From Chiloscyllium plagiosum (taxonomy: Eukaryota), in assembly GCF_004010195.1 (NCBI RefSeq), contig NC_057757.1, positions 2,185,940 to 2,224,679 on the forward strand: a stretch of 38,740 nucleotides of DNA. The letters are read 5' to 3'. A program made the position numbers and the translations under genes. Below the pieces are notes generated by a model. It ran no database searches and had not been told where the DNA came from. It saw only the letters and a program-made list of their open reading frames with translations. Shown here piece after piece: positions 25,003 to 35,759 of the stretch; position 1 is the stretch's first letter; each line of letters opens with the position of its first letter.

Positions 25003-25197
25003 TATTGCTGGAACAGCACAGCAGGTCAGGCAGCATCCAGGGAACAGGAGATTCGACGTTTCGGGCACATTCCTGAAGAAGGACCTGTGCCCGAAACGTC
25101 GAATCTCCTGTTCCCTGGATGCTGCCTGACCTGCTGTGCTGTTCCAGCAATAAAGTTTCAACTTTGATCTCCAGCATCTGCAGACCTCACTTTCTCC
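25003..25197 (+). mobile_element. Short fold-back Penelope-derived element
   Basis: Perfect 67-bp inverted repeat (25003-25069 / 25086-25152), 16-nt loop holding CTGAAGA, and a 3' tail containing CCAGCATCTGCAG. Flanked by ACAGTAGTRGACTC duplicates. Confidence 0.8.
25069..25104 (+). ncRNA. Minimal type I hammerhead ribozyme motif
   Basis: ATTC-CTGAAGA-AGGACCTGTGCCC-GAAACGTC-GAAT: stem I ATTC/GAAT, intact core, stem II with one mismatch, palindromic ACGT stem III, GUC cleavage triplet. Confidence 0.7.
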
Positions 25198-25689
25198 ACA
25201 GTAGTGGACTCGCCACGTTTAAGGGATTTAAATGGTCATTGGATAAACATATGGACGAGAATGGAATAGTGTAGGTTAGATGGGCTTCAGACTGGTTTCA
25301 CAGGTCGGTGCAACATCGAGGGCCGAAGGGCGCTGGAATGTTCGATTTACATCCCTGTCACGACAGAATCCCAATGGATTCCCAGCTCACCAGGGAGTGT
25401 GCACCCAGGGTGAATCCAGACTTGTAGACTGTAGGCAGAGCTTGCTCAGACTCAACCTAGCTCCCCCTGGCCCACACAGCAAGGCATCTCAGCCTTCTCA
25501 CCTGAAGCAGGGCAGGGCTGGCAAGGGAGGAAGTCAGAAGGAGTTGAACCCACCACCTTCTCATTGGAAGGCAGTGGGGGGTGGGGGTCACAGGGGATTA
25601 GTGAGTCAGCTATGCTCCTCAGGAACTAAACCCTGATGTCTAGTGCAAGGGAAAACGCACCCCACTCTGCAGGGACCCGGGGGGAGGGA

Positions 25690-25882
25690 GGGAGGGAGGG
25701 AGGGGAGAGGGCAAATGCACACAGTCCTGACTGGGGCGGGGTAGGGCAGGGAGGGGAGAGGGCAAATGCACACAGTCCTGACTGGGGCGGGGTAGGGCAG
25801 GGAGGGGAGAGGGCAAATGCACACAGTCCTGGACTGGGGCGGGGTAGGGCAGGGAGGGGAGAGGGCAAATGCACACAGTCCT
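25690..25882. repeat. G-rich 51-bp tandem repeat (~3.6 units)
   Basis: GCAAATGCACACAGTCCTG recurs at 25711, 25762, 25813 and 25865. Confidence 0.92.
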
Positions 25883-25989
25883 GAGATTACTGTCCTTCCA
25901 AATAAACCTGTTGGACCTTAACCTGGAGTTGTGTGATTTTCCACTGCGTCCACCCCCCTCCAACACCGGCTCCTCCACATCACGGGAGT

Positions 25990-26281
25990 ATTGCACAGAG
26001 TCTACCCTGGGGTGGGTGGAGAGGGTGACATTGCACAGAGTCTACCCTGGGGTGGGGGGCGAAATTGACATTGCACAGAGTCTACCCTGGGGTGGGTGGA
26101 GAGGGTGACATTGCACAGAGTCTACCCTGGGGTGGGTGGAGAGGGTGACATTGCACAGAGTCTACCCTGGGGTGGGTGGAGAGGGTGACATTGCACAGAG
26201 TCTACCCTGGGGTGGGTGGAGAGGGTGACATTGCACAGAGCCTACCCTGGGGTGGGGGGCGAAATTGCACAGAGTCTACCC
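25990..26281. repeat. G-rich 40-bp tandem repeat running into a gap
   Basis: ATTGCACAGAGTCTACCCTGGGGTGGGTGGAGAGGGTGAC, about 7 units. Confidence 0.95.
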
Positions 26282-26870
26282 NNNNNNNNNNNNNNNNNNN
26301 NNNNNNNNNNNNNNNNNNNNNNNNNNNNNNNNNNNNNNNNNNNNNNNNNNNNNNNNNNNNNNNNNNNNNNNNNNNNNNNNNNNNNNNNNNNNNNNNNNNN
26401 NNNNNNNNNNNNNNNNNNNNNNNNNNNNNNNNNNNNNNNNNNNNNNNNNNNNNNNNNNNNNNNNNNNNNNNNNNNNNNNNNNNNNNNNNNNNNNNNNNNN
26501 NNNNNNNNNNNNNNNNNNNNNNNNNNNNNNNNNNNNNNNNNNNNNNNNNNNNNNNNNNNNNNNNNNNNNNNNNNNNNNNNNNNNNNNNNNNNNNNNNNNN
26601 NNNNNNNNNNNNNNNNNNNNNNNNNNNNNNNNNNNNNNNNNNNNNNNNNNNNNNNNNNNNNNNNNNNNNNNNNNNNNNNNNNNNNNNNNNNNNNNNNNNN
26701 NNNNNNNNNNNNNNNNNNNNNNNNNNNNNNNNNNNNNNNNNNNNNNNNNNNNNNNNNNNNNNNNNNNNNNNNNNNNNNNNNNNNNNNNNNNNNNNNNNNN
26801 NNNNNNNNNNNNNNNNNNNNNNNNNNNNNNNNNNNNNNNNNNNNNNNNNNNNNNNNNNNNNNNNNNNNNC
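26282..26870. other. Assembly gap (others at 19811-19899 and 36528-36699)
   Basis: Runs of N. Confidence 1.
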
Positions 26871-26897
26871 CACCCCCCCCCCCCCAGCCCTCCTTAC

Positions 26898-27062
26898 TTG
26901 TCTCTGAAGGCTACTCTCCCAGGCTTGCAGAGACCGGGACAGACTGCGACACTTGAGCCAGGACAGGACAGCCACAGCCAGGCTGGAAAAAGCCAGAGAG
27001 ACCGCTAGAGCTGTCAGCAACGCCAAGCGGATCTTCCACCTCAGCCTCCTAACCCCGGCCAT
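26898..27062 (-). CDS. tnfsf12: First coding exon of a type II transmembrane TNF-superfamily ligand, most like TWEAK (55 aa, phase-0 donor)
   Basis: Minus strand reads MAGVRRLRWKIRLALLTALAVSLAFSSLAVAVLSWLKCRSLSRSLQAWESSLQRQ: basic N-terminus, ~22-aa hydrophobic signal-anchor, then W..RSLSRS. It ends at a strong donor CAA|GTAAGG (GT at 26897-26896). ATG context is GGAATGG, with in-frame upstream ATGs at 27086 and 27125. Exon size, phase and pattern resemble TWEAK exon 1 as I recall it. No TNF-domain exon was found in the window. Confidence 0.65.
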
Positions 27063-27139
27063 TCCTCCGACGCCCACCTGCCCCATCCTGCTGCAGACTG
27101 GTGCTCCGGGGACGGGGCAGGACATAAACTTGGCGGAGG

Positions 27140-27560
27140 AACTTGGCTCAGGACCTCCTTCATTTAAATATAATCTTCCCCCCACCACCCCCCCCTGCTC
27201 TTCCCCCAGCACCTTCCCTGAACTGTTAGGACTATTCCTCACACACCAGGAAGGACAGACCTTTGCCAACAGGAAACTGATTCCTTTTCCCAGTCTCCCC
27301 AGGGGACTCAACACTTAAAGAGGCATCGCTTGCTCTTGAAGCATCCTGTAGCCGAATAGCTGTCCGGCCAGCTCCACGCTGGCGAGACTCCAGAGACCAG
27401 CAAGCACTTTTCCAAAAAAAAAGGAGCTGCATTTCTGTAGCGCCTCCAGCATCTTCAGGCAGGCTCAGGCCGACAGGGCGGTCCATTTTTGAAGGGGTGG
27501 GTGATGTCACAGCTGCAGGCGACCAATCTGCTCACAGCGAGCTACCCAACCCCCCCCCCC
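27140..27560 (-). promoter_or_regulatory. Putative promoter/5' region of the TWEAK-like gene
   Basis: Unique sequence, locally richer in CpG, upstream of the ATG. TATA-like TTATATTTAAA on the minus strand at ~27163-27173 and CCAAT at ~27523-27527. Confidence 0.3.
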
Positions 27561-27771
27561 CAACAATAAACTCAATTTGTTTTACTTTGTACTGATGTAA
27601 ACTGGAAGATACTGGAGGAGAAACAAACTTTTGGAACGGGTGGGGTCCCTAAAGTCCACCAAAGAGTTTAACCGAAAGCAGACACCTCCAACAGAGCAGT
27701 ATTCTCAGTGCGACCACCAGACCTTACGGCCTGAACTGGAGAGAGAAAAAGTGAGAGAGAAGCTATACCCA

Positions 27772-28385
27772 GTATCTGTTATTCGTATATAAACCACCCC
27801 GAGCACCTCGATTAGATTCCAGTCTGTAACTCACTCCCAGGTATCTGTTATTCTGTATATAAACCACCCTGAACCCCTCAATTAGATTCCAGACTGTAAC
27901 TCACTCCTGGGTATCTGTTATTCTGTATATAAATCTCCCTAACCCCTCGATTAGATTCTAGTCTGTAACTCATTCCTGGCTATCTGTTATTCTGTGTATA
28001 AACCACCCTGAACCCCTTGATTAGATCCCAATCTTTAACTCACTCCCAGGTATCTGTTATTCTGTATATAAACCACCCTGAACCCCTCGATTAGATTCCA
28101 ATCTGTAACACCCTCCCGGGTATCTGTTATTCTGTATATAAACCACCCTGAACCCCTCGATTAGATTCCAGTCTGTAACTCACTCCTGGGTATCTGTTAT
28201 TCTGTATATAAACCCCCCTGAACCCCTCGACTAGATTCCAATCTGTAACACCCTCCCGGGTATCTGTTATTCTGTATATAAACCACCCTGAACCCCTCGA
28301 TTAGATTCCAGACTGTAATTCATTCTGGGGTATCAGTTACTTTGTATCTCAACTCGTATATAATGCACTCCCTGGTATCTGTTGT
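27772..28385. repeat. 70-bp tandem repeat (8 full units plus partial)
   Basis: GTATCTGTTA, or a 1-nt variant, at 27772, 27841, 27911, 27980, 28050, 28120, 28190, 28260 and 28330. Confidence 0.95.
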
Positions 28386-29275
28386 TCTATGTGAAGTACT
28401 CAAACCTTCAATTAGCTTCTAAACTCTTGACATTTCTGTAATTTCTAATTGATTGCAGCCCTTTTCTGCCATTACACAGTGTAGAATCATCTGGAATTCC
28501 ACATGTGTGGAAAACCCAGGAGTTGTTGTCAGTCTTCAGAGGAGGAATGTGACAGCATCTCCACCATTGCCACGTTAGGATCCAGGCCAGTAGACGTGAT
28601 TGTGGTCTCAGTATAGATTTGAGATCTTTCTCGCTCGTTCTGCATGTCCTGCTATGTAAATTAGAATCAGTGTCCTCTGCTATCCCCTGCAAGTGTTTGG
28701 TTATGCCAAACACACAGTGGCATTCAGTGAATAAGGAGCAACGTCACTTATAGAATGGAGGACTGACATCTGAGAGGCAGTCTGTGTCGAAGAGCTGGCG
28801 TTTGGACCGAAATGGGCCAAGGGAACAGGTGCTAACCTAAGATGCCTCCAGAAAGTGTTGGCATTTGAGAAAGTGTCAGAAATGCAAAGAAGTGGTAATT
28901 GAAAGCAGGAATTGTGAGCGGAATTGTTGTGGGGACAACCAGGGAGGGGGGAAAATCAGTCAGATGAGTTGAGAATGGTGTCTGACACCGAACACGCCAC
29001 ATCCTGAATGTGAATGTTAAAGTGCTCAACGGTGTTAGCTTTCACGCTGTCTCTCTGTTTACACTGCTCAGGTTGCTGTCAATAACATCTCATTGTAGCC
29101 AATGCCATGAACCGGTCCCCAGCCTCTACTTTAACAGGAAGTAGATCAACAACGCAGAGGCAAAATACCACTCACTGGCTTTTATACTCATTTCAAAGCA
29201 CTGCTCTAAAGTGATTCGTGTTGCTGAAGCTTTTCACCTTGCGCTCGTCAAGACAAACACAAGAATGCCACATTG

Positions 29276-29612
29276 GGCGGGGAGACGGCCTGGTGGCGTT
29301 ATCACTGGACTGTTAATCCAGGTGGTGTCTGGGGTCCCCGGTTCAAATCCCACCACGGCAGATGGTGAAATTTGAATTCAGTAGAAATTTGGAATTAAGA
29401 ATCTAAGGACGACCTCGAATCGATTGTCGGAAAAATCCATCTGGTTCACGAATGTTCTTTAGCGAAGGAAACTGCTACCCTTACCTGGTCTGGCCTACAC
29501 ATGACTCCAGACCCACAGCAATGTGGTTGACTGCCCTCTGAGCAATTAGGGATGGGTGCTAAATGCTGGGTCCAGCCAGTGACAACCTCATCCCATTAGC
29601 AAATAAAACAAA
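29276..29612 (+). mobile_element. tRNA-derived SINE of a second family (tail shared with the second LINE family)
   Basis: Head GGACTGTTAATCC...GGTTCAAATCCC, central CCATCTGGTTCAC...GAAGGAAACTGC, tail CAATTAGGGATGGG. Similar copies at ~23320-23625 (-) and ~35440-35965 (-). Confidence 0.8.
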
Positions 29613-31409
29613 ACTCCACATGATGACAAAATCTGTTCAACAGCAGGAAAGAGGCCAGACTGATTCACAAGGTGACTTTGGCAGCTGCCCCCACCATCAC
29701 CTGACCTGACGCATTGAGGTCCAGAGTTCAAAAGCCACAGTGTGATTTCAATCTATCATTGATAGCGAGTGGCTCAGTGGTGGCGCCCATGAAAGTATGA
29801 TCGATTGTGTTGTAAAAGGAAACACCACAACTGGTCCTTCGGTGAAGGAAATCTGCCATCCTTAGCCCGTCTGGCTCTACACATGACTCCAGACTCCACA
29901 GACTACCCCTTTAGCTGCCCTCTGTAATGGCTTGAGGAAGCCACTCAATTCAATGTTAATTTGGGATGGGGGGAACAGTTGCCAGAGATAGCAGATGTGT
30001 TCCAGTTGGCTTTTTCCTTTGAGATTACAGAATCCCAGTTGTGTTGCTGCTCAAGGCAGCTTGCACTATGCTCTCATGTTACAGTAGTGACCACTTCCAT
30101 AAAAGAACTCCAGTGGCTGTGAGATGATTTAGCATGTTCTGTGGTTGCAAAAGGAGCTGAAGAATTGCAATGTTTTCTTTTGCAAAGATTCTTTCCTCCC
30201 GGGTCAGGTACCTCTCCACTACCCTTCCATTACCGTTCTATTTGGTACAAAGTACGAGTCTCATTATTTCCAACCCCAGATACATCAAACCCCTCCCTGG
30301 GCTTTCTCTCTCCACAGATGCTGCTTTGACCCTTTGGGGGGGGGGGGGCCTTGCAGGGTTTCTTCTGCTTAGAGTCCAAAATAGCAGCCTCATCTTATCG
30401 GTTGCAACGGATGTGGTTCTGTCCCTGGCAGCTGGTAAGTGTCACTGCGCAAGAGAAACAGCCACAGAATCAGTGAAGAGCTCACCCCTGAGAGAACCTA
30501 GTCAGTCTGTCACTTTGCACCGACTCGTTCAGTCCAGTTAGTCCTGCTCCCTCTCACTCTTTCCTCACAAAGCTCCCATATCCATCTCCTCCTTTTGGAA
30601 GGCTTTAAGAAATAAGAACAGGAGGAAGCCATTCGACCCCTCGAGTGTCCTCCAAGTGTGGCTGATCCAACATTCCCCATGTCCATAACCCTTGACTCCC
30701 CGACTGATGTAGAATCTGTCTCAGCCTTCAATATACACAAGGTCTTTACCCCACAGCTCTCTGTGGTACGGAGGTCCATATATGGAATGAGCTGCCAGAG
30801 GGGGTGGTAGAGGCTGGTACAATGAGAACATTTAAAAGGATCGATAATTGAGTGGGAAGGGTTTAGAGGGATATGGGCCAAATGCTGGCAAATGGGACTA
30901 GATTAGGTTAGGATATCTGGTCGGCATGGACAAGTTGGGCCAAGAGGTCTATTTCCATGCTGCACAACTCTATGACACCATTGATGAGAACAATTTATTT
31001 GTCAAAACACCTCGGATAAATCACCTCTTGATCTCTTGAGCGTCAAGGATTTTTTACAGGAATGTCATTGGAATGTCAATGTCCAAAGTCATCCTTCACA
31101 TTGAAATGTTATGTTTTGGAATCCTGGGAAAGCAAGAGGTGAGACCAGTTCTGGCAAAGAGTCACTGGAATCAAAGGGTTAACTCTCTGTTTTTCTCTCT
31201 CTGCAGAGGCTACCAGACCTGCTGAGTTTCTCCAGTGCTTCCAGTTTCTCGAGCAAGAAGTTAGACACTGGTTTGAACTTACAGAGTCACTTTGACCCAC
31301 GATTCTAACATGCAAAGTCCTTTCATCAGTCCCATTTGAAAATATAAATCTCAGAGACTTCAGCAAAGTTACTGTACATAGCCATAGGAGCAACACTCTC
31401 TGTGGGTTA

Positions 31410-32065
31410 GAGTCATACCTGACACATAGGAAGATGGTGGTGGTTGTTGGAGGTCAGTCATCCCAACTCCCGGTCATCTCAACAGGAGTTCCTCAGGGTA
31501 GTGTCCTAGGCCCAACCATCTTCAGCTGCATCATCAATGCCCTTCCCTCCACCATAAGGTCAGAAGTGGGGATGTTCGCTGATGATTACACAATGTCCAG
31601 CACCATTCGCCACTCCCCAGATACTGAAGCAGTCCGTGTCCAAATGCGATGAGATCTGGACAATATCAAGGTTTGGGCTGACAAGTGGCAAGTAACATTC
31701 TGAAGAAAGGTCACTGGCCCTGAAACGTTAATTCTGCTTTCTCTCCAAAGATGCTGCGAAACCCTGCTGAGTTTCTGCAGCAATTTCTGTTTTTGGTTCA
31801 GATTTCCAGCATCTGCGGTTCTTAGACTTATGACATCAAGTAACATACATGATGGACAAGTCCCACAGGAGAGAAGCTAATCATTGTACAATGGCAGTAT
31901 CATCACTAAACCTCCCACTGTCCATATTGTTGCTGGTACCATTGACCAGAAACGCAACTAGAATAGCTATACTGTAGCTATAAAGAGCAGGTCAGAATTC
32001 CCACTGCACTGGGAATTCTGCAGTGAGCAACTCACCTCCTGAGTCCCCAAAGCCTGTCCACCATA
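31410..32065 (+). mobile_element. RT fragment of a second CR1/L2-group LINE family
   Basis: ORF 31434-31652 GVPQGSVLGPTIFSCIINALPS...MFADD. Confidence 0.8.
31699..31836 (+). mobile_element. Penelope-derived tail starting at a hammerhead core
   Basis: ATT-CTGAAGA-AAGGTCACTGGCCCT-GAAACGTT-AAT followed by the CCAGCATCTGC tail. CAAGTAACAT is duplicated at 31689-31698 and 31837-31846. Confidence 0.7.
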
Positions 32066-32144
32066 AGATAAAGAAGCAGAACTGGACCATTCGGCCCATC
32101 AAGTCTACTCTGCCATTCAAACATGGCTGTCTATCAGGCACACG

Positions 32145-32750
32145 TCAGGAGAAAACTAGCCACCAGGATACATGAACACCAACTAGCCACAAAGCGACAT
32201 GACCCTCTCTCACTAGTATCCTTACATACCACTTCGACTGGGACAACACATCCATCCTGGGACAAGCCAAACAGAGACACGCGCAAGAATTCCTAGAAGC
32301 ATGGCATTCCAACCAGAACTCTATCAACAAACACATTGACTTGGATCCCATTTACCACCCCCTGAGAAAAAGAACAGGAAATGACATCACCAGGAAATGA
32401 TTAGATTCTCTACAGTGTGGAAACAGGCCCTTCGGCCCAACAAGTCCACACATCCCCTCCGAAGAGAAACCCACCCAAACCCATTCCCCTACTCTATATT
32501 TACCCTTGACTAATGCACCTAACACTATGGGCAATTTAACACGGCCAATTCACCTGACCTGCACATCTTTGGACTGTGGGAGTGTCACCACAGGAAATGA
32601 CATCACCAACCCAAAGAAACTCAAACATATAAATAGAAAGCGGGCTACACCACCGGTGCTTCAGTTGGAGGCTCACTGAAGATGTTACCTAGTATGGTGA
32701 CGAAACATCTGAAAACGAACCTTCCAGCTCAGCGAGCAAACCTACATCCA
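32145..32750 (+). mobile_element. Penelope-like element 3' end (GIY-YIG endonuclease C-terminus plus hammerhead-bearing tail), interrupted by an HE1 fragment
   Basis: From 32150 it translates to RKLATRIHEHQLATKRHDPLSLVSLH / HFDWDNTSILGQAKQRHAQEFLEAWHSNQNSINKHIDLDPIYHPLR (one frameshift), typical of Penelope/Poseidon-type endonuclease ends. Hammerhead core at 32673-32712. Confidence 0.8.
32673..32712 (+). ncRNA. Minimal hammerhead ribozyme motif in Penelope tail
   Basis: TCA-CTGAAGA-T-GTTACC-TAGTAT-GGTGAC-GAAACATC-TGA: 6-bp stem II, stem I TCA/TGA. The ACGT palindrome is changed to ACAT. Confidence 0.65.
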
Positions 32751-33519
32751 CATACTCTCCATTTACCTGGATGGGTGCAGCTCCAACAGCACCTCAATAA
32801 GCTAAATACCAACCAGAACAAAGCAGTCTGCTTCATGGGAACCATAACCACCACCTTCAATACTCACTCCCTTTACCACTGCCGCGCAGTGTGTATCGTC
32901 TATAGGATGCACTGCAGCATCTCAGCAAGGTAGCTTCCAAACTCCTGACGTCTACCATCTAGAAGGACAAATGCAGCAGATACGAGCGAACACCATCCCC
33001 CTTGCCAGTTCCCCTCCGAGCCCCTCCCCATCCCGACTTGAAAATACATCGGCCATTCCTTCAGTGCCTCTGCGTCAGAACCCTGGAACTCCCTTCCAAA
33101 CAACACCCCACACTACACGGGACTGCAGCAGTTCAAGAAGGCAGCTTACCCCCCCCCCCCACCACCTTCTCAAGGGGGCAATTAGGGATGGGGTGATAAA
33201 TGCAGGGTCCAGCCAGTGACACCCATATCCCATAAAACATGAAGTACAGATAAGATCTCTGACTGGGTAAAAGTAATGATTTTGACATCTTTCCAGATCT
33301 GATGAGTTATTTATTCACTTTGACTTTTCACTCTGGTGTACCGACACTGTACACATCACTGTTGACTCTCTAGGTGCTTATCTTGATGTTGGTGGTTAGA
33401 GTGTCCAGGTTTTATGAACTCACTCAACCTCTGGGTGTATCCTCCAAATGCCACAATGCCCCCCCATCCCCAACGGGACCTTTGCTCCTGGTTTAAGGAG
33501 TGACAAGGCTTAAGGCAGA

Positions 33520-34608
33520 CAGAGTTTAATTTGGATTAATGTGAGGTGTTACATTTTGATCAAGCAATTCAGAGCAGAACTTACACACTTAATGGTAGGG
33601 CGCTGGGAAATGTTGCTGAACAAAGAGACCTCAGTTCATAGCTCCTTGAAAGTGGAGTCGCAGGTAGACAGGATGGTGAAGGAGGCGTCTGGTATGCTTG
33701 CCTTTATTGGTCAGTGCATTGAGTACAGGAGTTGGGAGGTCATGGTGTGGCTGTACAGGACATTGGTTAGGTCACTGTTGGAATACTGTGTGTAATTCTG
33801 GTCTCCTTCCTATCAGAAGGATGTTGTGAAACTTGAAAGGGTTCAGAAGAGGTTTGCAAGGATGTTAGAGATGTACAGCATGGAAACAGACCTTTCGGTC
33901 CAACTCATCCAAGGATGTTGCCAGGGTTGGAGGGCTTGAGCTATAGGGAGAGGCTGAACAGGCTGGGGCTGTTTTCCCTGGAGCATCAGAGGCTGAGGGG
34001 TGACCTTATAGAGGTTTATAAAATCATGAGGGGCATGGATAAGGTGAATAGTCAAGGTCTTTTCCCCAGGGTAGGGGAGTCCAAAACTAGAGGGCATAGA
34101 TTTAAGGTGAGGGGGAAAGATTTAGAAGGGACTTAAGGGAGAAGTTTTTCACGCAGAGGGTGGAGTGTATATGGAACGAGCTGCCAGAGGAAATGGTGGA
34201 CAAGCAGGAGGCTGGAAGAACACAGCAAGCCAGGCAGCATCAGGAGGTAGAGAGGTCAACATTTCAGGTGTAACCCACAGTCCTGAACAGTCCTGAAGAA
34301 GGGTTATACCTGAAACGTTGAGTTCTCTGGCTGATGCTGCCTGGCTTGCTGTGTTCTTCCAGCCTCCAGCCTGTCTACCTTGGATTTCAGCATCTGCAGT
34401 GTTTTTTTTTAATCTCAAACAGGAGGTGGTGGACGCTGGTACAATGACAACATTTAAAAGGCATCTGGATGGGTTTATGAACAGGAAGGGATGACAGGAA
34501 TATGGGCCAAATGCTGGCAAATGAGACTAGATTAGTTTAGGATATCTGGTTGGCATGGACGAGTTGGACTGAAGGGTCTGTTTCCATGCTGTGCATCTCT
34601 ATGACTCT
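33520..34608 (+). mobile_element. HER1/CR1-type LINE 3' fragment with two nested inserts
   Basis: ORFs 33541-33795 and 33915-34136; tail CTCTATGACTC. Confidence 0.88.
34201..34420 (+). mobile_element. Short fold-back Penelope-derived element inserted in a HER1 LINE
   Basis: Inverted arms GGAGGCTGGAAGAACACAGCAAGCCAGGCAGCATCAG / CTGATGCTGCCTGGCTTGCTGTGTTCTTCCAGCCTCC. Hammerhead core CTGAAGA-AGGGTTATACCT-GAAACGTT at 34293-34319. Confidence 0.75.
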
Positions 34609-34689
34609 CAGGGTCACTGGACCCTCAACATTAACTCCGATTTCTCCCCGCAGACCTGCTGAGTTTCTCCAGCAATTTCTGTTTCCGTT

Positions 34690-35365
34690 AGTGACTTTAA
34701 ATCCATTTGTTCTTGACCCTTTTACAAGTGGGAACATCTCCCTATCTACTCTGTCCAGATTTCTCGTGACTTTGTAAACCTCCATCAGATCACCTTCTAC
34801 TCTCCAAGGAGAATAGTCCTGACCTGTGTTGTCTATCTTCACAGTTCACCCATGGAACTATTCCCTTGAACCTTTTCAGCACTCTCCCCAGTATGTCCAT
34901 GTTCTCTCTATAGTGTGGTGCCCAGAGCTATACACAATATTCCAGCTGAGATCGAACCAGTGACCTGTGTTAGTTCAGCATAATCTCCCTGCTCCTGTAC
35001 TCAATGTCCTGATTAATAAATCTCAAGAACAAGCAAGCTTTATTAACTTCTCCCCCCACCTTGAGCTGCCACCTTTCGTGATTTATACATACATTTGCCA
35101 AAGTCTCTCTGCTCTCACACGGCTCAAGAACTATATGTTTTATTTTAGACTGACTGTCCATGTAATTCTCACTAAATGCATCGCTATTGATCTGTCAGCT
35201 GCCTGTCTATTTGTCTACATAATTTAGGAATTCTACACTGTCCTCCTTACTGGTCTTCCGGGTGTTGTGTCATCTGCAAGGTTTGAAATTGTCCCCTGCA
35301 CACCAGAATCCAGATCATGGATATATTTCAGGGAAAACAAGGGCCCCAGTACTGACCCCGAGCAA
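34690..35365 (-). mobile_element. Older CR1-type LINE fragment
   Basis: Diverged SVLGPLF / ADD and GDLMEVYK pieces on the minus strand. Confidence 0.7.
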
Positions 35366-35759
35366 CCATTCTTCAGCGAGTGTGTCAGTATTTACAGGGG
35401 GGTACCCGAGGGGAGCGAAAAACTGACTGTTTCTTCTTCAATAATTCACGGGATGAGGGTGATACTGTCTCGACCCAGCATTTATTGCCCACCCCTAATT
35501 GCCCAGAGGGCAGTTACGAGTCAACCAAATTGTTGTGGGTCTGGAGTCACATGTAGACCAGCCCAGGGAAGGATGACAGTTTCCTTCCCTGAAGTGTATT
35601 AGTGAACCAGACGGGTTCTTTTTCTGACCATCAATTCATTAGACCCTTAATGCCCGAACTTTATTCAAATTCTGCCATCTGTCATGGTGGGATGTGAACC
35701 CCGGTCCCCCAGATCATTTCCTGGGCGTGGGGAATAACAGGCCCGTGCTAATACCACCA

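Larger units (their letters stand above)
24375..25330. mobile_element. Two opposed HER1/CR1-type 3' fragments (minus 24375-24845; plus 24846-25330, hosting two Penelope-derived inserts)
   Basis: ORF 24442-24705 on the minus strand; the plus-strand part matches 4280-4475. Confidence 0.8.

Noticed and set aside
26176..27314. Long 240-370 aa ORFs (also 19345-20105 and 36309-36911)
   Set aside because: Artefacts of reading through N gaps and repeats; only 26898-27125 is credible.
29276..29360. tRNA-Asn-like sequence (also the HE1 heads)
   Set aside because: SINE heads continuing into SINE bodies; no complete cloverleaf.
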